Positions 46,572 to 59,512 of a stretch of DNA of 64,000 bases are shown here, in pieces. Numbering within the stretch: position 1 is the first letter of the stretch; each line of letters starts with the position of its first letter. Under the pieces are notes generated by a model. The model was not told where the DNA came from and did no database searches. It saw nothing but the letters and a program-made list of their open reading frames with translations. The position numbers were made by a program, and so were the translations under genes. Source of the DNA: Bradyrhizobium sp. (lineage in GTDB: Bacteria > Pseudomonadota > Alphaproteobacteria > Rhizobiales > Xanthobacteraceae); NCBI RefSeq assembly GCF_004799445.1, contig NZ_SSNA01000121.1:4234-68233 (forward strand), given 5' to 3'.

Positions 46572-46616
46572 CTTCATTGCCGATCGATTGCCGGACGCGA
46601 AGTCCCGGCCCAGGGA

Positions 46617-49946
<3,330 letters not shown>

Positions 49947-49976
49947 CAAGTCTCGCGGGAACAGAAAAACGGGCAC

Positions 49977-50006
49977 AAAAAAAGGGCGCGCCTACCGCGC
50001 GTCCCC
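49977..50006 (-). terminator. Strong intrinsic terminator 30 nt upstream of the carB ATG
   Basis: Minus strand GGGGACGCGCGGTAGGCGCGCCC followed by TTTTTTT; stem of 8 bp with one bulged A. Confidence 0.7.
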
Positions 50007-50290
50007 TCAACCCGGCGCTTGGGATCAACCTCGCGCGCGGGTGGTCTTTAGACCAGATTCCGCAGCCGCGAAAGGGCATTAGAGACCCCATCAACCGGCA
50101 TTTTCCCGCCTTCGCGGCAGCTTGGGCGCGGCTAGGGCCGGTTTGGGCAGGCTGGTCCGCCGAAAGGCTGATCGGGGCTGGTTGCCGGGCCGAAGCTCGT
50201 GGGCAGCGACCCGCCTTCGCTCTTCGAGCAACGCGCGGCCTTCGCCGCAATTGAGGCCTGCCGAGCCGAAGCTGCGCTAGCAGCGAAGGC

Positions 50291-50367
50291 TGGAGGCCCG
50301 GCCTGGATTTGAACCAGGATAAAGAGCGATGCACTGCTCTCGCGTCGACGCTTTCCGCCACCGGGCC
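50291..50367 (-). other. tRNA-Cys-like cloverleaf with 8-nt anticodon loop (tRNA-like element or tRNA pseudogene)
   Basis: Acceptor GGCCCGG/CCGGGCC, U73, encoded CCA, T arm CCTGG-TTCAAAT-CCAGG, D stem GCG/CGC with 11-nt loop lacking GG, anticodon stem AGAGC/GCTCT with loop AGTGCATC. Confidence 0.5.
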
Positions 50368-50441
50368 GGTCGCATCATGGTCGATCGCCCCGCGGTGGGC
50401 CATGCCGAGCTGCGGTTAACCCTAACCGACCGCGCCCAAAA

Positions 50442-51146
50442 TTATTGGGGCGAAAACGCATGGCGCGCCACGAACGTCATCCGCCACGGATTGTGCCCGA
50501 TATTGAAATGCGCGCGCGAGGCGGTAAATCCGCCGGCGGCGAGTTTCGCGATCATCTCGGCCTCGCCGTAACGCTGCAGGCCGACGCGGCTGCGCAATTG
50601 CCGGTAGTCCGACAACGCGGTCGAGACCAGCCCGATCAGCGCGTCCCTCAGAAAACCGTGGGTGAGCGCGAAACGCAGCAGCGCAATGACATCCCTGGTC
50701 ATGCCGACTTCGGGGCGCAGCACGTCGCCGACGATCAGGCGGCCGCCGGGCTTCAGCAGCCGCCGGACCGTCGCGAACGCGGTATCGAGTTCTTCCGATG
50801 TCATGTATTGGGCGACCGAGTTCATGATCGCCAGATCGACGGATTTTTCGGGCATTTTTCGCAAATCTTCCAGCGAACGCACCCGGATCTTGGTGTTCGG
50901 GGCAAAGCGCGCGATCAGCCGGCCGCGCACGCCCGGCGCCGGCTCGGCCAGGTATAGCTTGCCGCAGGCATCCGCCACCTTGGCCGCCGACAGCGCTTCG
51001 CCGCAGGCATAGTCCAGCACCACCGCATCGGGTGAGGCGATGTAGCCGATGATATCCCTGGCGATCAGCTGGAAATGCAGGTCACGATGCAGCTTGCTCG
51101 CATAAATTGTATGCGTGGAATCGTAATAGTCGATCCAGTCGTCCAT
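50442..51146 (-). CDS. Class I SAM-dependent methyltransferase
   Basis: Within ORF 50442..51368; start at MDDWIDYYDSTHTIY; motif I VLDYACGEA. Confidence 0.8.
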   Translation of the reverse strand: MDDWIDYYDSTHTIYASKLHRDLHFQLIARDIIGYIASPDAVVLDYACGEALSAAKVADACGKLYLAEPAPGVRGRLIARFAPNTKIRVRSLEDLRKMPEKSVDLAIMNSVAQYMTSEELDTAFATVRRLLKPGGRLIVGDVLRPEVGMTRDVIALLRFALTHGFLRDALIGLVSTALSDYRQLRSRVGLQRYGEAEMIAKLAAGGFTASRAHFNIGHNPWRMTFVARHAFSPQ

Positions 51147-51286
51147 GTGTCGCAGAGGTCCGGTAAAACGGGTTCCGGTCGATGGAACCGGGGGCGCACT
51201 CGATGCGTTAGATGGTCCGGCCGCCGATGTCCATCGCCGCCCGTGTCTGTTCTTAAGTGTCCCGGTTCCTAACAGGAAGGTCCATC

Positions 51287-51826
51287 GTGAGCAAAGCCAA
51301 GCCCGATAACAGGTCCGCCAAAGTTTCTCCCGATCTCGATACCCCGACCGATCTGCCGCAGGCCGCATCCGAGAAGATATCGGCCGCGCTCAACACGCTG
51401 CTGGCCGACGCCTTCGCGCTCTATCTGAAGACCAAGAATTTCCATTGGCATGTCAGCGGCCGGCATTTCCGCGACTATCATCTGATGCTCGACGAGCAGT
51501 CGGACGCGATTTTCGCGACCACCGACCAGCTCGCCGAACGCGTCCGCAAGCTCGGCGGCACCACGCTGCGCTCGATCGGCCAGATCGCGAAATTGCAGAC
51601 CATTCAGGACAACAACGAGGCCTATGTGCCGCCGCGCGAGATGCTGCGCGAATTGATGGAAGACAACAAGCACGTCGCGGCGGCGATGCGAAAAGCCCAC
51701 AAGCTCTGCGATGATCACGAGGATTCCGGCACCGCCGGCCTGCTCGAGACGTTCATCGACGAGACCGAGCGGCGCACCTGGTTCCTGTTCGAGGCCAGCC
51801 GTCAGGAAGGCAGCAACGCGGCGTAG
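51287..51826 (+). CDS. dps: Dps (DNA starvation/stationary-phase protection) ferritin-like protein
   Basis: Within ORF 51257..51826; GTG 51287 preceded by GGAAGG; motif KTKNFHWHVSGRHFRDYHLMLDEQ. Confidence 0.9.
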   Translation: MSKAKPDNRSAKVSPDLDTPTDLPQAASEKISAALNTLLADAFALYLKTKNFHWHVSGRHFRDYHLMLDEQSDAIFATTDQLAERVRKLGGTTLRSIGQIAKLQTIQDNNEAYVPPREMLRELMEDNKHVAAAMRKAHKLCDDHEDSGTAGLLETFIDETERRTWFLFEASRQEGSNAA

Positions 51827-51829
51827 GTT

Positions 51830-52339
51830 TCACATCCCCTTCGCGCCTTCGGCTGGAAGTTCGAACACCAGGCAGGTCGTGGTGGCATGCGCCAGCAGCC
51901 GGCCCTTGGCATCGGTAATGCGGGCCTCGGCCGTGGCGGCGCGGCGGCCGACGTTGAGGATGCGGCCTTCGCTGCGCACCACCCCGGTATCCTTGGTCAT
52001 GCCGCGGATAAAGCTGATCTTGAATTCCAGCGTGGTATAGCCGGTCCCCGCCGGCAGCATCGAATGCACGGCGAGGCCCATCGCGGAATCCAGCAGCGTC
52101 GCGGCGTAGCCGCCATGCACCGAGCCGATCGGGTTGTAGTGCCGGAAGGCCGGCGTGCTGTGAAACGCGACCACGCCCGGCTCGGCGGTGAAATCGAAGG
52201 GCTCGATGGGCTGCATGATCGGCGGCGACGGCAGCCTGCCGTCAAAGATCGCGCGGACGAAATCGATCCCCGCCATCGACGCCATGACTTCGGGAGGCGT
52301 CACGCCGTATTCGATCTTGCGCGCGGGTGGGGCGGTCAT
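51830..52339 (-). CDS. PaaI-family hotdog thioesterase
   Basis: 169 aa; SVHGGYAATLLDSAMGLAV motif. Confidence 0.85.
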   Translation of the reverse strand: MTAPPARKIEYGVTPPEVMASMAGIDFVRAIFDGRLPSPPIMQPIEPFDFTAEPGVVAFHSTPAFRHYNPIGSVHGGYAATLLDSAMGLAVHSMLPAGTGYTTLEFKISFIRGMTKDTGVVRSEGRILNVGRRAATAEARITDAKGRLLAHATTTCLVFELPAEGAKGM

Positions 52340-52431
52340 TGATGCTGGTCCTATTTTGCAATGATGTATATCATATAAAACTGAGCGTTATTGCACCAGC
52401 GTTTTGCGCATCATGTTTCCGAGCGCCGCGC

Positions 52432-52538
52432 CGTCATCCTGAGGTGCGCGCCCTTGCGCGCCTCGAAGGATGGGCCACGCGTATAAAAGTCTCATCCTTC
52501 GAGGCTCGCCGAAGACGGCGAGCACCTCAGGATGACGA
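52432..52538. repeat. Repeat family F copy
   Basis: GTCATCCTGAGGTGCGCG...CTCGAAGGATGGG...CTCATCCTTCGAGGCTCGCC...CACCTCAGGATGACG. Confidence 0.8.
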
Positions 52539-52554
52539 CTGCCGTGCTGGAATG

Positions 52555-53742
52555 CTACGCGCGCTTGGCCCGCATCAGATCCGCAAACCGCTTGAACAGA
52601 TAATGCGAGTCGCGCGGGCCGGGGGAAGCTTCCGGGTGGTACTGCACCGAGAACACCGGCTTGCCCTCGATCTGGATGCCGCAATTGGAGCCGTCGAACA
52701 GCGAGATATGGGTCTGCGTGGCGCCCTTCGGCAGCGTCGCCTGATCCACGGCAAAGCCGTGGTTCATCGAGGTGATCTCCACCTTGCCGGTGGTTTCGTC
52801 CTTGACCGGGTGATTGGCGCCGTGATGGCCCTGGTGCATTTTTTTGGTCTTGGCGCCGACCGCCAGCCCCAGCATCTGGTGGCCGAGGCAAATGCCGAAG
52901 GTCGGCGTGCCGGAGTCGATGACCTTCCGGATCACCGGCACCGCATATTTGCCGGTCTCGGCCGGGTCGCCGGGGCCATTCGACAAGAACACGCCGTCGG
53001 GCTTCATCGCCAGGATGTCTTCGGCCGAGGTGGTTGCCGGCACCACCGTGATCTTGCAGCCGACGCCGGCGAGCAGCCGCAGGATGTTGCGCTTGATGCC
53101 GTAGTCGATGGCGACGACGTTGAATTCGGGCTCGGTCTGCCGGCCGAAGCCTTTTTCCCAGGCCCACGGGGTTTCGTCCCAGGTGAAGCGCTGGGCCGAG
53201 GTCACCATCGGCACCAGGTCCATGCCCTCGAGGCCCGGCCATTCGCGCGCCTCTTCCTTCAAGCCGTGCAGATCGAACGCGCCATCCTCGGCGTGCGCGA
53301 TCACGGCATTGGGCATGCCGTTGCTCCGGATCAACGCGGTCAAGGCGCGGGTGTCGATGCCGGAAAGGCCGATGATGCCGCGTGCCTTCAGCCATTGGTC
53401 GAGGTGGCGGGTGGCGCGGTAATTCGAGGGGGCGGTGATGGCGGCGCGCAGGATCACCCCGCGCGCGCCCGGCGTTGCCGCCATGTTCACCGTCTCGATG
53501 TCTTCGTCGTTGGTGCCGACATTGCCGATATGCGGAAAGGTGAAGGTGATGAGCTGCCCGGCATAGGAGGGATCGGTGAGGATTTCCTCATACCCGGTCA
53601 TCGCGGTGTTGAAGCAGACTTCGCCGACCGCATGGCCCTCGGCGCCGAGGCCAAAACCTTCCAGCACGGTGCCGTCGGCCAGCACGAGAAGCGCGGTCGG
53701 CTTGTGGTCCGGCCAGGCTGAGGCGTTTTCGGTTGATGTCAT
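52555..53742 (-). CDS. carA: Carbamoyl-phosphate synthase small (glutaminase) subunit
   Basis: Within ORF 52555..53766; start at [10 protein letters not shown]; GICLGHQ active-site motif. Confidence 0.93.
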   Translation of the reverse strand: MTSTENASAWPDHKPTALLVLADGTVLEGFGLGAEGHAVGEVCFNTAMTGYEEILTDPSYAGQLITFTFPHIGNVGTNDEDIETVNMAATPGARGVILRAAITAPSNYRATRHLDQWLKARGIIGLSGIDTRALTALIRSNGMPNAVIAHAEDGAFDLHGLKEEAREWPGLEGMDLVPMVTSAQRFTWDETPWAWEKGFGRQTEPEFNVVAIDYGIKRNILRLLAGVGCKITVVPATTSAEDILAMKPDGVFLSNGPGDPAETGKYAVPVIRKVIDSGTPTFGICLGHQMLGLAVGAKTKKMHQGHHGANHPVKDETTGKVEITSMNHGFAVDQATLPKGATQTHISLFDGSNCGIQIEGKPVFSVQYHPEASPGPRDSHYLFKRFADLMRAKRA

Positions 53743-53901
53743 GAGCGCATTACATAGTCTTCGCATGCGCGGGCGTCAAAGCCGTAAACCGCCGATTCAC
53801 ATGCAGTTTGCGCATATTTGACAGGCGATGCCCCGCTCTTAATCTGCCGGCCGCGCCTGCCTGCCGATTTCCCCGAGATTTACCGATTCCGGAGCCTTGG
53901 A

Positions 53902-54603
53902 ATGGACAATGCGATGCCGATCTTGCTGGTTCCGGGGCTGGTGTCGTCGCCCCGGATCTTCGCCCCGGTCGTTCCCGCGTTGTGGCGCTGCGGGCCGGTG
54001 ACGGTCGCCAATCACGTTCGTGACGACAACATGGGTGCGATTGCGCGGCGGATTCTCGCCGAGGCGCCGCCGCGCTTCGCGCTGGCCGGGCATTCGATGG
54101 GCGGCTACATCGCGTTCGAAATCATGCGGCAGGCGCCGGAGCGGGTGGCGAGGCTGGCGCTGATCAACACCCAGGCGCGCGCGGATACGCCGGAGGCGAC
54201 GACTCGCCGCAGAAGTCAGATCGCGCGGGCGCAGGCGGGCGAATATCGCGCCATCCTCGATGAGTTGTTTCCGGGCTTCGTGCATCCGTCGCGGCGCGGC
54301 AACGCCGAGCTGCATCAGCTGGTCTACGACATGGGCGACGACATCGGCGCCGAGGCCTTCGTCCGCCAGCAAACCGCCATCATGAGCCGGCCGGATTCGC
54401 GCCCGGCGCTGGCATGGATCAAATGCCCGACGCTGGTGGTGTCCGGCGACGAGGACAACACCATCCCGAACAAGCTGTCGGTGGAGATGGCGGACGGCAT
54501 TCACGGGGCGAAGCTGACAATCCTTTCGCACTGCGGCCACCTTCCGCAGGTCGAACAGCCCGAGGCGACCGCGGACGCCCTGGTCGAATGGATGGGGAGC
54601 TAG
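53902..54603 (+). CDS. Alpha/beta hydrolase
   Basis: Within ORF 53818..54603; start at MDNAMPILLVPG; intact nucleophile elbow GHSMGG; C-terminal SHCGHLPQ. Confidence 0.85.
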   Translation: MDNAMPILLVPGLVSSPRIFAPVVPALWRCGPVTVANHVRDDNMGAIARRILAEAPPRFALAGHSMGGYIAFEIMRQAPERVARLALINTQARADTPEATTRRRSQIARAQAGEYRAILDELFPGFVHPSRRGNAELHQLVYDMGDDIGAEAFVRQQTAIMSRPDSRPALAWIKCPTLVVSGDEDNTIPNKLSVEMADGIHGAKLTILSHCGHLPQVEQPEATADALVEWMGS

Positions 54604-54681
54604 TTGTGTGAATGCCGCGAACGGCCTAGATCAGGGACTTCGGCCACCACGGCGTGACGGCCAGTGAGAGGACAACAGACG

Positions 54682-55137
54682 ATGCTGCGCGACGACATCA
54701 ACAACGCGGTCAAGGACGCGATGCGGGCCAAGGACGAGCGCAAGCTCTCGACGCTGCGGATGGTCAATTCGACCATCAAGAATGCCGACATCGCCGCGCG
54801 CGGCGAAGGCAAGCCACCTTTGTCCGACGCGGACCTGCTCGGCGTGTTCCAGAAAATGATCAAGCAGCGCCAGGAATCGGTCGAGCTCTACGACAAGGGC
54901 GGTCGCGCCGAGCTCGCCGCGCAGGAGCGCGAGGAGATCGCGATCATCTCCGCCTATTTGCCGAAGCAGATGTCGGAAGCCGACGTCAACGCGGCGATCA
55001 CGGCCGCCATCGCCGAAACCGGCGCTGCCGGAATGAAGGACATGGGCAAGGTGATCGGGGTCTTGAAGGCGAAATACGCCGGCCAGATGGATTTCGGCAA
55101 GGCCAGCGGCCTGGTGAAGGCGGCGCTGACGGGGTGA
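54682..55137 (+). CDS. GatB/YqeY domain protein
   Basis: Within ORF 54664..55137; start at MLRDDINNAVKDAMRAKDERKLSTLRMV. Confidence 0.88.
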   Translation: MLRDDINNAVKDAMRAKDERKLSTLRMVNSTIKNADIAARGEGKPPLSDADLLGVFQKMIKQRQESVELYDKGGRAELAAQEREEIAIISAYLPKQMSEADVNAAITAAIAETGAAGMKDMGKVIGVLKAKYAGQMDFGKASGLVKAALTG

Positions 55138-55159
55138 TTCAACAATAACGGAGGTCGAT

Positions 55160-56683
55160 ATGGCAGATCAGCAAGCTCCACCCGCCGGTCCCGATCTGTC
55201 CCAGGGTGTCATGCCCTCCGAATTCTCCGGCGACATGCTGGTTGGGCATGTCGGCGACGAAGACGTGCTGCTGGTGCGTTCGGGATCCGAGATTTTCGCC
55301 ATCGACGCCCACTGCAGCCATTATCACGGCCCGCTCGCCGAAGGCCTTGTGGACGGCGAGAGCGTCCGTTGTCCCTGGCATCATGCCTGTTTCGACTTGC
55401 GTACCGGGGAAGCGACCCGCGCCCCGGCGCTCTCAGCCATTGCGGTCTGGAAGGTGGAGCGGGAGGGCGAGCGCATTTTTGTCAGGCAAAAGCGCGAACA
55501 GCCTAAACCCGGCATCAAGGGCGCTGTCGATGCGCCTGCCAGAATCGTGATTGTCGGCGGAGGTGCGGCGGGGTTTGCCGCCGCCGAGATGCTGCGACGG
55601 CAGGATTATCGCGGCAGCATCGTGATGCTGAGCCATGAGGCGGCCGCACCGGTGGATCGGCCTAACCTGTCAAAGGACTACCTCGCCGGCAGCGCGCCCG
55701 AGGACTGGCTGCCGTTGCGCCCCGAGGGCTTTTACGCCGACGCGGGGATCGATTTGCGGCTCGGGACCGAGGTCGCATCGATCGACGCCAGGGCCAGAGA
55801 CGTGGTTCTCGCCGGAGGCGAAACTGTTCCCTATGACCGTCTGCTGCTGGCTACCGGGGCGGAGCCGGTGCGCCTGCCGATTTCAGGCGTGGACCAGCCC
55901 CATGTCCATGTGTTGCGCTCGCTGGCCGATTGCCGCGCGATCATCGCGTCAGCGAACGGCGCGCGCCGCGCGATTGTGATCGGGGCGAGCTTCATCGGAC
56001 TCGAGGCCGCGGCGTCGCTGCGAGCCCGGGATATCGAGGTGCACGTCGTAGGGCTGGAGCAGCGGCCGTTGGAACGCGTGCTCGGACCCGAGATGGGAGA
56101 CTTCGTTCGGGCGCTGCATGAGGAGCACGGCGTCATCTTTCATCTCGGCGATACCGTGACATCGATCGATGGCAAGCGCGCGACGCTGAAGAGCGGCGGC
56201 GTGCTCGATGCCGATGTTGTAGTGATCGGTGTCGGCGTGCGCCCGCGCCTGGCTTTGGCCGAGAAGGCTGGGCTCGCGATCGATCGCGGCGTCACGGTGG
56301 ATGCGTATCTCGAGACCAGCATCCCCGGTATCTACGCGGCGGGCGATATTGCGCGCTGGCCGGATCCGCATTCCGGCGAAACCATTCGTGTCGAACACTG
56401 GGTGGTGGCGGAACGCCAGGGCCAGACCGCCGCGCGCAACATGCTGGGACAGCGCGAGGCCTTCGAGGCCGTGCCGTTCTTCTGGAGCCAGCATTACGAC
56501 GTGCCGATCAACTATGTCGGTCACGCCGAGAAGTGGGACGAAATCGCCGTGGACGGCGATATCGCCGCGAAGGATTGCCTGCTGCGATACAAGAGCGGCG
56601 GACGCGTGCTCGCGGTCGCTTCGATCTATCGCGATGTCGCAAGCCTCGAGGCGGAGATCAGGATGGAGCGGGCGGCGCGCTGA
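55160..56683 (+). CDS. Rieske [2Fe-2S] domain fused to FAD/NAD(P)H pyridine-nucleotide-disulfide oxidoreductase
   Basis: CSHYHGPL...CPWHHACF Rieske motif; IVGGGAAGFAAA FAD fold. Confidence 0.88.
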   Translation: MADQQAPPAGPDLSQGVMPSEFSGDMLVGHVGDEDVLLVRSGSEIFAIDAHCSHYHGPLAEGLVDGESVRCPWHHACFDLRTGEATRAPALSAIAVWKVEREGERIFVRQKREQPKPGIKGAVDAPARIVIVGGGAAGFAAAEMLRRQDYRGSIVMLSHEAAAPVDRPNLSKDYLAGSAPEDWLPLRPEGFYADAGIDLRLGTEVASIDARARDVVLAGGETVPYDRLLLATGAEPVRLPISGVDQPHVHVLRSLADCRAIIASANGARRAIVIGASFIGLEAAASLRARDIEVHVVGLEQRPLERVLGPEMGDFVRALHEEHGVIFHLGDTVTSIDGKRATLKSGGVLDADVVVIGVGVRPRLALAEKAGLAIDRGVTVDAYLETSIPGIYAAGDIARWPDPHSGETIRVEHWVVAERQGQTAARNMLGQREAFEAVPFFWSQHYDVPINYVGHAEKWDEIAVDGDIAAKDCLLRYKSGGRVLAVASIYRDVASLEAEIRMERAAR

Positions 56684-56743
56684 TTTCCTTCCGGCGAGTG
56701 GAAGCTGTTGGTGCTGCAATGGCAATGGTCTAGTCTGACATTC

Positions 56744-58354
56744 ATGCTCACCGAGACCACCGACTACGAAAAACTCACCCGCGATTTCCGCTGGCAGATT
56801 CCGGCGCGGTTCAACATGGCGACCGCCTGCTGCGACCGCCACGCCGACGGCACCAACCGCCTGGCGCTGATCTATGTCGACGAGGACGGCGGCGCCCGGC
56901 GCACCTCGTTCGACGAGCTGGCCGCGATGTCGCGCCGTTTCGCCAATGTGCTGAAGGCCGGTGGGTTGACGCGCGGCGACCGGGTCGCGGTGTTTCTGTC
57001 GCAGTCGCTGGAACTGCCGGTCGTGCATCTGGCGGCGTGGCGTTCCGGCCTGGTGTCGATCCCGCTGTTTGCGCTGTTCGGCGAGGATGCGCTGGAATTC
57101 CGGCTGTCGAATTCCGCCGCGAGGGCGATCGTGACCGACGAGGCGGGTTGGGAGAAGATCGCGAAGATCCGCGACCGGCTGCCTGACCTGCAGCATGTCT
57201 ACGTCACCGGCGGCACGGCTCCGGCCGGCACCAAATCGTTCTGGTCATCGGTCGACGCCGCATCCGACCAATTTTCGACGCTCGATACCTCGGCGGAAGA
57301 TCCCGCCATCATCATCTACACCTCAGGCACCACAGGCAATCCAAAGGGCGCGCTGCATGCCCATCGCGTGCTGCTCGGCCATCTGCCGAATGTCGAGATG
57401 GTGCATGATTTCATGCCAAAGCCCTTCGACGTGATGTGGACGCCGGCCGACTGGGCGTGGATCGGCGGATTGTTCGATGCGCTGTTTCCGGCCTGGTATC
57501 ACGGCGTGCCCGTGGTCGGGTACCGCGCGCGGAAATTCGAGCCGCAGGCGGCGATGCAGCTGATGGCCGATCACGGCGTGCGCAACGTGTTCCTGCCGCC
57601 GACCGCGCTGAAGCTGATGCGGCAGGCGGAGGTCGGGCATTCCGGTGTGAAGCTGCGCAGCATGCTCTCGGGCGGCGAGTCGCTCGGCGCCGAACTGCTG
57701 CAATGGGTGCGCGCGACCTTCGGCATCGACGCCCACGAGGTCTATGGCCAGACCGAATGCAACCTCGTGGTCGGCAACAACTCAAGACTGTTTCCGATCC
57801 GCCCCGGTTCGATGGGCAAGGCGACGCCGGGATTCGACGTCCGCATCGTCAATGAGCGCGGCGAGGAATTGCCGACCGGCAGCCGCGGCATTATCGGGGT
57901 GCGCCAGCCGAATCCCTGCACCATGCTCGGCTATTGGAAGAACGAGGAAGCCACGGAAAAGAAATTTGCCGGCGAATTCCTGCTCACCGGCGATCTCGGC
58001 GTCCGGGATGAGGACGGCTATTTCTGGTACGTCAGCCGCGAGGACGACGTGATCACCACGGCCGGCTATCGCGTCGGACCGTCGGAGATCGAAAATACGC
58101 TGATGAAGCATCCGGCGGTGGCGATGTCGGCGGTGGTCGGAATTCCCGATCCCGTGCGCACCGAATCGATCAAGGCGTGGATCGTGCTGCGTCCGGGTTT
58201 TGCGCCGAACGAGGCGCTGGCGCGCGACATCCAGCAGTTCGTGAAAGTGCAGCTCGCCGCGCACGAATATCCGCGTTTCGTGCAATTCACCGACACCTTG
58301 CCGATGACCGCCACCGGCAAGGTGCTGCGGCGGGAGCTGCGGACGCTGGGGTGA
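56744..58354 (+). CDS. AMP-binding acyl-CoA synthetase
   Basis: Within ORF 56708..58354; start at MLTETTDYEKL; YTSGTTGNPKG motif. Confidence 0.88.
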   Translation: MLTETTDYEKLTRDFRWQIPARFNMATACCDRHADGTNRLALIYVDEDGGARRTSFDELAAMSRRFANVLKAGGLTRGDRVAVFLSQSLELPVVHLAAWRSGLVSIPLFALFGEDALEFRLSNSAARAIVTDEAGWEKIAKIRDRLPDLQHVYVTGGTAPAGTKSFWSSVDAASDQFSTLDTSAEDPAIIIYTSGTTGNPKGALHAHRVLLGHLPNVEMVHDFMPKPFDVMWTPADWAWIGGLFDALFPAWYHGVPVVGYRARKFEPQAAMQLMADHGVRNVFLPPTALKLMRQAEVGHSGVKLRSMLSGGESLGAELLQWVRATFGIDAHEVYGQTECNLVVGNNSRLFPIRPGSMGKATPGFDVRIVNERGEELPTGSRGIIGVRQPNPCTMLGYWKNEEATEKKFAGEFLLTGDLGVRDEDGYFWYVSREDDVITTAGYRVGPSEIENTLMKHPAVAMSAVVGIPDPVRTESIKAWIVLRPGFAPNEALARDIQQFVKVQLAAHEYPRFVQFTDTLPMTATGKVLRRELRTLG

Positions 58355-58367
58355 CGGTGCGTAGCGC

Positions 58368-58502
58368 CGTCATTCCGGGATGCGGGCGAAGCCCGCAGAC
58401 CCGGAATCTCGAAGTGGGTCGAAGGACGCAAGCCAATTTCGGGATTCCCCGATGTGCAATTGCACATCTGAGGTTCGCGCTGACGCGCGCCCCGGAATGA
58501 CG
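58368..58502. repeat. Repeat family D copy (with internal palindrome GATGTGCAATTGCACATC)
   Basis: CGTCATTCCGGGATGCGGGCGAAGCCCGCAGACCCGGAATCTCGA...CGCGCGCCCCGGAATGACG. Confidence 0.8.
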
Positions 58503-58619
58503 ATGGCGGAGTCCCTGCTTGCGCAGGGACGACGCGAGAGTTGGCGCTGTTTTGACCCAGATCAACACGCTTTCGCCGCTGCCCTGCGTGAATGGACGCA
58601 CACAATTCGGAGGGAGCCG

Positions 58620-59399
58620 ATGACGTCCATCTCCGGCAAGGTTGATCCGGTGGTACGCCGGATCACGGCCGCCGACATCGCCGAGGCGCTGGGGCAGGGC
58701 CTGCGCGACTTCCAGGCCACCCCGCTTTACGGCCTGTTGTTCGGCGCGCTCTATGCCGGCGGCGGCATCGTCATCCAGCTTTGCCTGACCGCGTTTGGCC
58801 TGGTCTATCTGGCCTATCCGCTGGCGGCCGGCTTTGCGCTGATCGGTCCGTTTGTCGCCATCGGGCTCTACGAAGTCAGCCGGCGGCGCGAGGCCGGGCA
58901 GCCGATCTCGATGGCCGGGATCTGGTCGGCCGTGACGTCACGCAGCGAGATCGGATGGATGGCCTTTGTCACGCTGTTCGTGTTCGTGATCTGGATGTAC
59001 CAGGTGCGCCTGCTGATCGCGCTGCTGATCGGGCTCAATGCCTCGTTCTCCAGCCTGCATGAATTCATCACGGTGGTGCTGACCACCAATGAGGGCTTGG
59101 TGTTTCTCGCGATCGGCAACCTCGTTGGTGCTGCGCTGTCGCTGATTCTGTTCTCGCTGACGGTGGTGTCGTTCCCGCTATTGCTCGACCGCGACGTCGA
59201 TTTCGTTACCGCGATGGTCACGAGCGTACGCGCTGTGGTCATGAGCCCGGTGCCGATGATCGGATGGGCGGCGATCGTCGTCGTGCTGCTGGTCGTTTCG
59301 GCGCTGCCCTACTTCCTCGGCCTGTTGGTGACGCTGCCGGTGCTCGGCCACGCCACCTGGCATCTCTATCGCCGCATCGTGGCGCCGGTGGCGTCTTGA
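58620..59399 (+). CDS. DUF2189-like integral membrane protein
   Basis: Within ORF 58380..59399; start at MTSISGKVDPVVRRITAADIAEAL; the ORF's upstream part lies in a repeat; motif GPFVAIGLYEVSRRREAG. Confidence 0.7.
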   Translation: MTSISGKVDPVVRRITAADIAEALGQGLRDFQATPLYGLLFGALYAGGGIVIQLCLTAFGLVYLAYPLAAGFALIGPFVAIGLYEVSRRREAGQPISMAGIWSAVTSRSEIGWMAFVTLFVFVIWMYQVRLLIALLIGLNASFSSLHEFITVVLTTNEGLVFLAIGNLVGAALSLILFSLTVVSFPLLLDRDVDFVTAMVTSVRAVVMSPVPMIGWAAIVVVLLVVSALPYFLGLLVTLPVLGHATWHLYRRIVAPVAS

Positions 59400-59400
59400 C

Positions 59401-59495
59401 CGTCATTCCGGGGCGATGCGAAGCATCGAACCCGGAATCTCGAGGTGATTGGCACGAGATTCCGGGTTCGCGCTGACGCGCGCCCCGGAATGACA
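59401..59495. repeat. Repeat family D copy
   Basis: CGTCATTCCGGGGCGATGCGAAGCATCGAACCCGGAATCTCGAGG...CGCGCGCCCCGGAATGACA; same orientation as 58368 copy. Confidence 0.8.
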
Positions 59496-59512
59496 TCGAT
59501 TTGTGAGGGCTA

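Noticed and set aside
49977-50403. Two-piece (circularly permuted) alphaproteobacterial tmRNA gene
   Set aside because: It was tempting because of the T arm, the CCA, a second GGCCCGG about 110 nt downstream and a terminal terminator. However, the acceptor stem has C3:G70 rather than the G3:U70 alanine identity pair. The discriminator is U, not A. No ANDN...AA-stop tag reading frame is present in any frame.
52361-52374. ATGATGTATATCAT as a Fur/Irr-type iron box near dps and the thioesterase gene
   Set aside because: It is only a 5-4-5 partial palindrome in an AT-rich promoter stretch and does not match the 19-bp Fur or the ICE consensus well enough.
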